Part shown: piece by piece, positions 48,677 through 57,600 of the stretch
Position numbering within the stretch: the stretch's first letter is position 1
Layout: the number at the start of each line of letters is the position of its first letter
NCBI GenBank assembly: GCA_023410025.1
Contig: JAEYQM010000061.1
Span: forward strand, 12,050 to 76,049
Reading direction: 5' to 3'
Length of the DNA: 64,000 nt
Origin: Bacillota bacterium
Lineage (GTDB): Bacteria; Bacillota_I; Bacilli_A; ML615J-28; CAG-698
Notes under the pieces: model-generated
What the model was told of the DNA's origin: nothing
Seen by the model: the letters and a program-made list of their open reading frames with translations, nothing else
Databases searched by the model: none
Program-made: the position numbers and the translations under genes

Positions 48677-49170
48677 TGTTTAGAATTGGTCATTCTCATG
48701 ATACTCACAAATTAGTTAGTGGCCGTAAGTTAATTCTTGGTGGTGTTCTAATTGATTATCAATTAGGTTCATTAGGACATTCAGATGGTGATGTTGTATA
48801 TCATGTTGTCAGTGAATCTATAATTGGCGCACTTGGACTTGGTGATTTAGGGACTCATTTCTCTGATACCAATATGAAATATAAAGATTATAACTCATCC
48901 TTATTTGTAATTGAAACAGTTAGAATGATGAAAGAAAAAGGATATTATGTTAATAATATTGATATTACCATTTTTCTTGAGGAACCTAATTTAAAAAACT
49001 ATAAAAATCAAATGAGACAAAATATTGCACAATTATTAGAAGTTGATCCAGAATTTGTGAATGTAAAAGCTACTAGGGGAGAAGAATTAGGATTTATTGG
49101 CCGTAAAGAAGGAATTAGTGCCGAAGCTGTTGTTCTTTTAGAAAGTAAACCAATGTTCAAAAAACTTTAA
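48676..49170 (+). CDS. ispF: 2-C-methyl-D-erythritol 2,4-cyclodiphosphate synthase
   Basis: The metal-binding motif HSHDTHKL, the GHSDGDV motif and a C-terminal ATRGEELGFIGR are present. Confidence 0.9.
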   Translation: MFRIGHSHDTHKLVSGRKLILGGVLIDYQLGSLGHSDGDVVYHVVSESIIGALGLGDLGTHFSDTNMKYKDYNSSLFVIETVRMMKEKGYYVNNIDITIFLEEPNLKNYKNQMRQNIAQLLEVDPEFVNVKATRGEELGFIGRKEGISAEAVVLLESKPMFKKL

Positions 49171-49227
49171 TGGTATATTATTAATTAAGGTAACTATAAT
49201 AATAATGTACGTATATTGGTCCATAGT

Positions 49228-49256
49228 ATTGACTTTTTAAAATACATAGTGTAAAA
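49228..49256 (+). promoter_or_regulatory. sigma-A type promoter for the riboswitch/ATPase transcript
   Basis: TTGACT (49228-49233), 17-nt spacer, TAAAAT (49251-49256). Confidence 0.5.
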
Positions 49257-49271
49257 TTATGTTATAAAAAA

Positions 49272-49393
49272 AGAAGCCCTAAAGGGGAGTAGCTAGTAAA
49301 TTACATTCGTCAATACGGTTTTTAGCCCGGATGTAGTTGTCATTTTTTTAATGATTTGCAAGACCTTTATCATGTATAAGGTCTTGTTTTTTT
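49272..49393 (+). promoter_or_regulatory. yybP-ykoY family (Mn2+) riboswitch with expression-platform terminator
   Basis: The 5' strand AAAGGGGAGUAGC lies at 49281-49293. A short hairpin UCAUU-U5-AAUGA is followed by UUUGCAAGACCUUU (49356-49369), the conserved 3' strand of the family. AAGACCUUUAU is also the 5' arm of the terminator CAAGACCTTTAT / CATGT / ATAAGGTCTTG + T7 (49359-49393). Confidence 0.8.
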
Positions 49394-49413
49394 CTATTTA
49401 TAAGGAGGAAAAA

Positions 49414-52035
49414 ATGTTTGCTAAAAAAAGAGTAGAAGAAGTTTTAAAGGAACTAGAAGTTGACCCTAAAGTTGGTCTTTCAAAAGAAGAAGTAAAGGTA
49501 AGGCAAGAAAAGTTTGGTTATAACAAACTTTCTGAAAAGAAGCGTACACCATGGATTCTTCGTTTTCTAGGGGAATTTAAAGATGTTCTAATTATTGTCA
49601 TGTTAGTTGCAGCTTTAATAAGTATAATTGTTGAACCTGAAGATTGGATCGAAAGTTTAATTATCTTAATAGTTGTATTTGTTAATGCCTTATTAGGTGT
49701 TAATCAAGAAAGTAAAGCCGAAAAATCACTTGAAGCATTAAAAAAATTATCTTCACCAATGACAAAAGTATTACGTGATGGTTATACGCAAATGATTGAA
49801 TCAAGTGATCTTGTTGTAGGGGATATTATAATTGTTGAAGCGGGAGATTTTATTCCTGCTGATGCCAGAATTATAGAACAAGTTAAACTACAAATTGATG
49901 AAAGTGCTCTAACCGGAGAAAGTCTAGCAGTAAATAAAATGACTAATGTTATTGAACTTGATCATATATCATTAGGTGACCAAAAAAATATGATGTTTTC
50001 TTCAACATTCACAACTTATGGACGTGGTGTTGGAGTAGTTACTGCAACAGGCATGAAAACGGAAATTGGGAAAATTGCCAACTTACTTAGTGATACAGAA
50101 TCAGAAAAAACACCATTACAAATTAGACTTGATCAAATTGCGAAACTAATGGGTTTTCTAGCAATCGCCATTTGTGTTGTTATCTTTGCAATGGAATGGT
50201 TAAATACTAAAGATATATTAGAATCATTTAAAACAAGCGTTGCTTTAGCCGTGGCTGCAATTCCTGAAGGTTTATCAACAGTTGTTACAGTTGTCCTTGC
50301 TATTGGTGTTGATAAAATGGCTAAAGAAAAAGCTATTGTTAAAAGATTGCCAGCAGTAGAAACATTGGGAAGTACACAAATTGTATGTAGTGATAAAACT
50401 GGTACATTAACTGAAAATAAAATGACTGTTGTAAAGATTTACAATAATACTTTAAAAAATATTGAAGAAGAATTAACTGATAATGAAAAAACATTATTAA
50501 CTTATTTTGCTTTATGTAGTGATGCAAAAATTACATTAGTTGATGGAGTCTATAAACGTATTGGTGATCCAACGGAAACTGCATTAATTGAAGCAAATAA
50601 TAATTATGGTAAAGTATCTGAAAAACTAAATGATTTATATAAAAGAGTTGCAGAAATTTCCTTTGACTCTGATAGAAAAATGATGACAGTTGTTATTGAT
50701 TTTGATGGCAAACTATTATCAATTACTAAAGGTGCAGTTGATGTAATTTTAAATAGATCAATTGGTAATGTTGATAAGGATAAAGTATTAAAAGTAAATG
50801 AACAAATGGGTAGTAATGCCTTAAGAGTTTTAGGTTTAGGTATTAGATGGTTAAATGAATTACCTAGTGAAATTGAATCAAATACTTTAGAAAAAGATTT
50901 AGAATTCATTGGATTAGTTGGTATGATTGATCCAGCAAGAAAAGAAGTAAAAGAAGCAATAAGAGTTGCTTCAAATGCCGGTATTAAAACAATTATGATT
51001 ACTGGAGACCATGTCATCACAGCAAAAGCAATAGCTACAGAACTTGGAATTTTTAAAGATGGAGATATTGCTATTACATCTGAAAAATTACATAAAATGA
51101 GTGATGATGAATTATATGCAAACATTGAAAAATATTCAGTATATGCCCGTGTTGCACCTGAGGATAAAATTAGAATTGTTAACCTATGGCAAAAGAAGGG
51201 TAAAGTTGTTGCCATGACTGGAGACGGTGTAAATGACTCACCAGCTTTAAAAGGAGCTGACATTGGTTGTGCAATGGGTATTACAGGGACTGACGTTGCT
51301 AAGGAAGCAGCAGCAATGATATTGGTTGATGATAACTTTGCTACAATTATTAGTGCTGTAAAACAAGGTAGAGGTATTTATAATAACATAAGAAGAACTG
51401 TTCAATATTTATTATCTAGTAATATTGGTGAAGTTATTACAATTTTCCTTGCTTCGCTTATCGCATCATTCTTCTCATTAAATTGGGGAGTTCCACTACT
51501 TCCAATGCATTTGTTATGGGTTAACCTATTAACAGATAGTTTACCTGCATTTGCTATTGGTTTAGAATCTGCAGACCCTGATGTTATGAATGAAAAACCT
51601 CGTGAGAAAAATGAAAGTTTCTTTGCTGGTGGCTTAAAATCAAAAATTGCATTACAAGGTATTGCTATTGGTTTAATAACACTTGCAGCATATACAATTG
51701 GACATTTTAGAAATCCTGACAACTATTTAGCTCAAACAATGGCTTTCTTAACACTATCTACAGTTCAATTATTCCATGCTTTTAATATTAAATCAGATAA
51801 ATCGGTATTTCATAAATCAACATTTAATAATAAATATTTAATAGGTGCATTTGTTATTGGTGTAAGTTTAGAATTAATTATTTTATATGTTCCATTCTTA
51901 GCAAATATTTTTAAGTTACAAAGATTAGATTTTGTTGAACTTATGATTGTATTTGGATTGTCATTCTCAATAATTGTAATTGTTGAAATATCAAAACTAA
52001 TTAGAAAAGCAAAACTAATTAGTAAATCAAAATAA
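49414..52035 (+). CDS. P-type cation-transporting ATPase (P2A, Ca2+/Mn2+ type, YloB/PMR1-like)
   Basis: Start at ATG 49414 follows AAGGAGGA. It has the phosphorylation site CSDKTGTLT, plus TGDHV and the hinge TGDGVNDSPALK, with 10 TM-like segments. The track start at 49351 lies inside the riboswitch. Confidence 0.9.
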   Translation: MFAKKRVEEVLKELEVDPKVGLSKEEVKVRQEKFGYNKLSEKKRTPWILRFLGEFKDVLIIVMLVAALISIIVEPEDWIESLIILIVVFVNALLGVNQESKAEKSLEALKKLSSPMTKVLRDGYTQMIESSDLVVGDIIIVEAGDFIPADARIIEQVKLQIDESALTGESLAVNKMTNVIELDHISLGDQKNMMFSSTFTTYGRGVGVVTATGMKTEIGKIANLLSDTESEKTPLQIRLDQIAKLMGFLAIAICVVIFAMEWLNTKDILESFKTSVALAVAAIPEGLSTVVTVVLAIGVDKMAKEKAIVKRLPAVETLGSTQIVCSDKTGTLTENKMTVVKIYNNTLKNIEEELTDNEKTLLTYFALCSDAKITLVDGVYKRIGDPTETALIEANNNYGKVSEKLNDLYKRVAEISFDSDRKMMTVVIDFDGKLLSITKGAVDVILNRSIGNVDKDKVLKVNEQMGSNALRVLGLGIRWLNELPSEIESNTLEKDLEFIGLVGMIDPARKEVKEAIRVASNAGIKTIMITGDHVITAKAIATELGIFKDGDIAITSEKLHKMSDDELYANIEKYSVYARVAPEDKIRIVNLWQKKGKVVAMTGDGVNDSPALKGADIGCAMGITGTDVAKEAAAMILVDDNFATIISAVKQGRGIYNNIRRTVQYLLSSNIGEVITIFLASLIASFFSLNWGVPLLPMHLLWVNLLTDSLPAFAIGLESADPDVMNEKPREKNESFFAGGLKSKIALQGIAIGLITLAAYTIGHFRNPDNYLAQTMAFLTLSTVQLFHAFNIKSDKSVFHKSTFNNKYLIGAFVIGVSLELIILYVPFLANIFKLQRLDFVELMIVFGLSFSIIVIVEISKLIRKAKLISKSK

Positions 52036-52055
52036 TATCAAATTAATAAATTTTA

Positions 52056-52064
52056 TGGTATAAT
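52056..52064 (+). promoter_or_regulatory. extended -10 element upstream of pncB
   Basis: TGGTATAAT lies 35 nt upstream of ATG 52099. Confidence 0.4.
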
Positions 52065-52098
52065 AAATTATTCGAGTTTGATATTTAAGGAGAAAATA

Positions 52099-53547
52099 AT
52101 GGTAAATGAACGTAATTACACAATGATGTGTGACTTCTATGAACTTACAATGGCTAATGGATATTTTAATAGCGGCATGGAAAATCAAATATGTTATTTT
52201 GATGTTTTCTATAGACGAATCCCAGATGAAGGAGGATTTGCTATTGCTGCTGGTCTAGAACAAGTTGTAGACTATATTAAAAATTTAAGATTTACTGAAG
52301 AAAATATTGATTTCCTTCGTTCAAAAAAATTATTTTCTGAAGAGTTTTTAAATTACTTAAGTACATTTAGATTTACTGGTGATATATATGCTGTAAAAGA
52401 AGGAACACCAATTTTTCCATATGAACCAGTAATGATAGTAAGAGCAAAAACAATCGAGGCTCAATTTATTGAAACATATGTTTTGGCGGAATTAAATCAT
52501 CAATCATTAATTGCAACAAAAGCAAATAGAATAGTTCGTTCTGCTGAAGGACGACCAATTTCTGAATTTGGTGCAAGACGTGCTCATGGTGCTGAATCTG
52601 CTTTACTTGGTGCAAGAGCTGCATATATTGGTGGAGCAAGTAGTTCAAGTTGTACAATGGCTGGTGAATTATTTGGTGTCCCAATTTCTGGAACAATGGC
52701 ACATTCATGGGTTCAAATGTTTCCTTCTGAATATGAATCATTTAAAAAATATTGTGAAATCTATCCTGATGGGGCAATTTTATTAGTAGATACATATGAT
52801 GTGATTAATAGTGGTGTACCTAATGCAATTAAAGCATTTAATGAAGTTTTAGTTCCAAAAGGTTATAGACCAAAGGGAATAAGACTTGATTCAGGTGATA
52901 TTGCTTATCTTTCTAAAAAATGTCGCAAGATGTTAGATGACGCAGGCTTTGCTGATTGTAAAGTTATTGCTTCAAACTCACTTGATGAATATATTATAAG
53001 AGACTTATCATTCCAAAATGATCGTGTTGATAGTTTTGGTGTTGGAGAAAGATTAATAACTGCTAAGAGTCATCCAGTATTTGATGGTGTTTATAAATTA
53101 ACAGCTATTGAAGATGAAAAGGGAAATATCATTCCAAAAATTAAAATTAGTGAGAATGTTGAAAAGATAACAAACCCACATTTTAAGAAAGTTTATCGTT
53201 TGTTTGATAAAGACAGTAATAAGGCCTTGGCAGACTTAATATGCGTACATGATGAAGTAATAGATGAATCAAAACCAATTGAAATCTTTGATCCAATTGC
53301 AACATGGAAGAGAAAAACTCTTACTAATTTTAGAGCAGTAAGTTTACTTGAACCAATTTTCTTAAACGGTAAATTAGTTTATGATTTACCTAAAGTTAAT
53401 GAAATTAGAGAACATTGCTTAGAGCAAGTAAAGAATTTATGGGATGAAGTAAAGAGATTTGAAAGTCCTCATAAATACTATGTTGATTTATCTCAAAAAC
53501 TTTGGGATATTAAAACTAGTATGTTAAGTAATAAAACAAACAAGTAA
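52099..53547 (+). CDS. pncB: nicotinate phosphoribosyltransferase
   Basis: ATG 52099 (RBS AAGGAG) gives MVNERNYTMMCDFYELTMANGYF. Motifs GARRAHG and GTMAHSWVQ are present. Size is 482 aa. Confidence 0.9.
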   Translation: MVNERNYTMMCDFYELTMANGYFNSGMENQICYFDVFYRRIPDEGGFAIAAGLEQVVDYIKNLRFTEENIDFLRSKKLFSEEFLNYLSTFRFTGDIYAVKEGTPIFPYEPVMIVRAKTIEAQFIETYVLAELNHQSLIATKANRIVRSAEGRPISEFGARRAHGAESALLGARAAYIGGASSSSCTMAGELFGVPISGTMAHSWVQMFPSEYESFKKYCEIYPDGAILLVDTYDVINSGVPNAIKAFNEVLVPKGYRPKGIRLDSGDIAYLSKKCRKMLDDAGFADCKVIASNSLDEYIIRDLSFQNDRVDSFGVGERLITAKSHPVFDGVYKLTAIEDEKGNIIPKIKISENVEKITNPHFKKVYRLFDKDSNKALADLICVHDEVIDESKPIEIFDPIATWKRKTLTNFRAVSLLEPIFLNGKLVYDLPKVNEIREHCLEQVKNLWDEVKRFESPHKYYVDLSQKLWDIKTSMLSNKTNK

Positions 53548-53550
53548 AAC

Positions 53551-53586
53551 AAAAACTAAATTAGAATTTCTAATTTAGTTTTTTAT
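53551..53586 (+). terminator. rho-independent terminator after pncB
   Basis: AAAAACTAAATTAG / AATTT / CTAATTTAGTTTTT forms a 14-bp perfect stem followed by T. Confidence 0.8.
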
Positions 53587-53630
53587 TAGTAATCTTATCT
53601 TTACATATTAAAATTAGTATAGTAGAATAA

Positions 53631-53639
53631 TGGTATAAT
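53631..53639 (+). promoter_or_regulatory. extended -10 element upstream of the acyltransferase gene
   Basis: TGGTATAAT lies 32 nt upstream of ATG 53671. Confidence 0.4.
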
Positions 53640-53670
53640 TTAGTAAAAAAAAAGATATTAAGGAGATAAA

Positions 53671-54393
53671 ATGAAGAAAGAAAAGAAACAATCAATCTTA
53701 GTTAGATTTTTATATTTTATCTTAAGAAAGATAAAAAAACAACCAGTTATTGTAAATTTAAATGAACAAATAAGTGAAAGAGCTATATTTGTTTCAAATC
53801 ATAGTGCTGCAAATGGTCCACTTACATTATCGTTATATTTTCCTAAGCAATTTAGACCTTGGGGTATTTATTACATGTGTCAAGGTTATAAATCTCGATG
53901 GAAATATTTGTATTATGTATTTTACCAACAAAAGCTTGGGTGGGGAAAATTAAAGTCTTTTGTAGTTGCAACTTTATTTTCAATAATATCTGGAGTTGTT
54001 TATCGAGCAATGGAAGTAATTCCTTCGTATACTGATGGAAGATTAAAATCTTCTATAAAGATGAGTATTGATCATTTAGAATTAAATCAATCAATATTAA
54101 TTTTTCCAGAAAATTCGGATAATGGTTATCATAAAGTCTTAACACATTATAACCCAGGATTTGTATTTTTAGCTGAACAATTTTTTAAGAAACATAATGT
54201 TGATGTTCCAATATATACAGTGTATTTTTCAAAAACTGATAATGCATTAATTATTGATAAACCTAAATATATTCAACCACTTATTAAAGAAGGATTAAAT
54301 AAAGATCAAATTGCTGAAATATTTAAAGAACGAACTAATGAATTATACAATCTTTTATTAGCTAATTTAAATAAACCAGCTGAGGTTAAATAA
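53671..54393 (+). CDS. PlsC-like (lysophospholipid) acyltransferase family protein
   Basis: NHSAANG sits at the position of the NHxxxxD block, and FPENS at the position of the FPEGT block. Size is 240 aa. Confidence 0.45.
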   Translation: MKKEKKQSILVRFLYFILRKIKKQPVIVNLNEQISERAIFVSNHSAANGPLTLSLYFPKQFRPWGIYYMCQGYKSRWKYLYYVFYQQKLGWGKLKSFVVATLFSIISGVVYRAMEVIPSYTDGRLKSSIKMSIDHLELNQSILIFPENSDNGYHKVLTHYNPGFVFLAEQFFKKHNVDVPIYTVYFSKTDNALIIDKPKYIQPLIKEGLNKDQIAEIFKERTNELYNLLLANLNKPAEVK

Positions 54394-54405
54394 TGTTAAT
54401 TATAT

Positions 54406-54437
54406 ATCTACCTGACTAATGTTAGGTAGATTTTTTA
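54406..54437 (+). terminator. rho-independent terminator
   Basis: ATCTACCTGAC / TAAT / GTTAGGTAGAT followed by T6. Confidence 0.75.
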
Positions 54438-54572
54438 TTTTTTTGATAATTCTTATTTAAAAAAATACAAAAAATATAAAAAACAATAAGTTATCACTAT
54501 TTGCATATATTTACCAATAAAATATGTAAAAATATGCAAAAAACCAATACTTAATACTCAATATAATGAGTA

Positions 54573-54601
54573 TTGACTAATTTTTTAAATTATGTTATAA
54601 T
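54573..54601 (+). promoter_or_regulatory. sigma-A type promoter upstream of the hybrid histidine kinase
   Basis: TTGACT (54573-54578), 17-nt spacer, TATAAT (54596-54601). The -35 overlaps an 8-bp inverted repeat. Confidence 0.55.
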
Positions 54602-54672
54602 TAAATAAAGAAAAAATAAACCACTGTAATATTAAAAAAATTTATATTTTTTTAATAGAGAGGAGCATTAAT

Positions 54673-57600
54673 ATGCTAGAAGATTATTTTTCAAGTTCAT
54701 CTTTTTTATCTAAGTACTATTTCGCTAATACCTTTATTGATACTTTTGATTTGTTAAAGGGATATAAAAACAAAACACAATTAATAATTAATTTAATGAA
54801 CAAAACTTTAAAAAGTAAAGTAATAATTTACCTCGATCCACAAAAACAATTTTTTTCTTCAAATAATAATTTTCTTAATAGAATATTGCTTAAATATAAT
54901 TTATCAAAATACAAGCCTGATAAAATTAAAAAGATTATATCTTTAACATGTGAAGAAGACCAAGTAATTGATATTGTAAAAGTTAAAATGTTTGGAATAT
55001 CAGGAAATCTATTTATAATTAGAAATAAAAATATTCAAATTAATACTGAGTTACTTAATTTCTATCTTTTTAATTTAAAATATGTAGAGAATGATTTTGA
55101 TGAATTACAAAATGTATTGGGTGCATATAGTATTAATCAAATTCATAAAAACACAAGTACTTTACTTGTTAATGATGAGCTTCTTAATATTCTTGGTTAC
55201 AATCAAGATGATTTTAATAATTTTGCAAATGGCGATATAATTAAAATGGTAAACCAAGATGATTTACAATCCTGCCAAAGAATTATGAACGATGTTTCTC
55301 TTAATAAATACTATTTTATTATTAGAATGTACGCTTATAACGATAAAATTAAATACGTATTAACAGAATGCACAAGATTAACTAGAAATATAGATTCTTT
55401 TTTTGTAAAGTATATTGATGTATCAACTTTTATTGACAGCATTATTCCTCCATCAAATTATAATAATCTTTTTGTTAAAAACAATTATTTTAATCACCTA
55501 TTAATATTAAATGAAAATGATAATTTTTCAATTGAATATGCAGATAAGAGTTTATTTGAATTATTAGGTGTTGATTTTGAATTTTTGATGCAAAAAGGAA
55601 AATATTCATTTTTAAAATGTTTAAGGAAAAAAAGCTTAAATTCATTTATTAACATGATTAATGAAAGTGTTACTACAAATAAAAGTAAATATCTTGAAAT
55701 TGAGGTAAAATCTAAAGAAGGTGGATATTATTCATTTATTGTAATGACATTACCATCATTTGTTAAAGGGAAACACATATTATCTTTTATTAAATCTGAT
55801 GATGAAAAATTATATAATAATTTTGATGAACATAATATCTCAGCAAAATTATTATTAAATGATAAAATAACTATTATTGAAGGACCAAAAGAATTACATA
55901 ATGTGTTTAAAAATAATTTTTCATTCTTTGATTGGATTCATCCAAGTGATTTGATTCAAGCTAATAAAGGTTTAGAAAGAATGAAGAAAGGTTTACCATT
56001 CTCTTTAGATTTTCGAGTGCTTTCAAATGATGAATATTCATGGTGTAAAGTCGAAGCTGGTTTTATTCAACATTTTGGTTCTGGTAGCATTTATAATATT
56101 CTTTTTAAAAAATCCAGGAATAGTGAAAGTAGTTTACTAGAAGATAATAAATTTGAAGATAATGACCTAGATACTTATAATTTTGAATATGACATTATAA
56201 ATGATATGTATGATGGAAAACTGTTTTATCTTGACAAAATTGGTGAAGTTGGTAATGGATTAGTTGATAATTATCTGGTAAAATTATTAAAAGTTTATAA
56301 CTATAGTTTTGATAAAGTATATCGATGGGTTGATTTTATTACCGGGAAAAAAGTAAAAAACTTTACTGATGAGTTAATTATAAATGGTAATAGAGTAATA
56401 ATTAATATTACAGGTTCATTAATATATAAGGATAATCTACCTGTAAAGGTTGTTGGTACCTTTACAGATGTTACTAGTAAATATAGTGATAATACAAGTT
56501 TTATTAAAAAGTCGCATATTGATTATCTAACAAGAGTCTATAATAAAACATATGGAGAGTTTTTAGTACGTACATATTTAAACACATCAACAGGTGAAAA
56601 TTATTTAATTTTAGTTGATATAAATAATTTTTATTTAATTAATAAAGAATATGGTTATATGTTTGGAAATATTGTTTTATCAGAATTTGCTTTTTTATTA
56701 AAGAGTTTTATTAATAATACGGATATATTATATAGATTAGAAAATGATGATTTTATAATTCTTTTAACAAACAGGACAATTAATGATGTAATTGAATTTA
56801 AAAACCGTTTAAATGAAAATCTTAAAAAGTTATTTATTGATCATTGCAATGATATAAATATTTCTTGTACATTTGCATATTTGAAGATAAATAATACCGA
56901 TGATTATGGAGAAGCATTAAATAAAATAATAGAACTAAATAAACAATATTTTAAAGAACAAAAAAATAATATTGAAGCAAATAAAACATTAGAAGTAAAT
57001 CAATATAATTTTATTGATAATTTAAATAATAATGGACATGATGATATTATCTATTTGGCACTTGATTTATTAGAGAAATCACATAATATTTTTAATGCAA
57101 TAAATATATTATTATGTAGAATTGGAAAAAGATTTAACTTAAGTAGTATTCATATCTTAAAATATGATTATATTGATCGCAGCTCAAATCTTATTTATTA
57201 CTGGAATGCCTTAGATAATGATAGTATTTTTCCAAGTAAAATAAAATTATCTAATGTATCTATTGATATCATTAACAGTATGTATGATGTTAATGGTATG
57301 GCAAATTTAAATTATAATGATTTTAAAAAGTTAAATGAAATCATTGATAATCAAGATAATTTGGATAATAAGATATTTTTTAGTAGTGCAAATTTTGATA
57401 ATGATACCATTATGGGAAACATTGTTTTTGAACCCTTAATTCCTAATTATATAATTCCTAGAGAACAAAAATACATATTAAATGCCGTATCAAAAATCAT
57501 TTTTATTCATTTAAAAAGGGCAGAACTTGATAATGCTATTAAAGACAAAATTGAATTTATTGCAAAAGTGGGTCATGAAATTAGAAGTCCACTTAATGGT

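Noticed and set aside
49351-49413. Track start of the P-type ATPase ORF (MICKTFIMYKVLFFSIYKEEK...).
   Set aside because: It lies inside the riboswitch 3' strand and terminator hairpin. ATG 49414 follows AAGGAGGA and yields a normal ATPase N-terminus.
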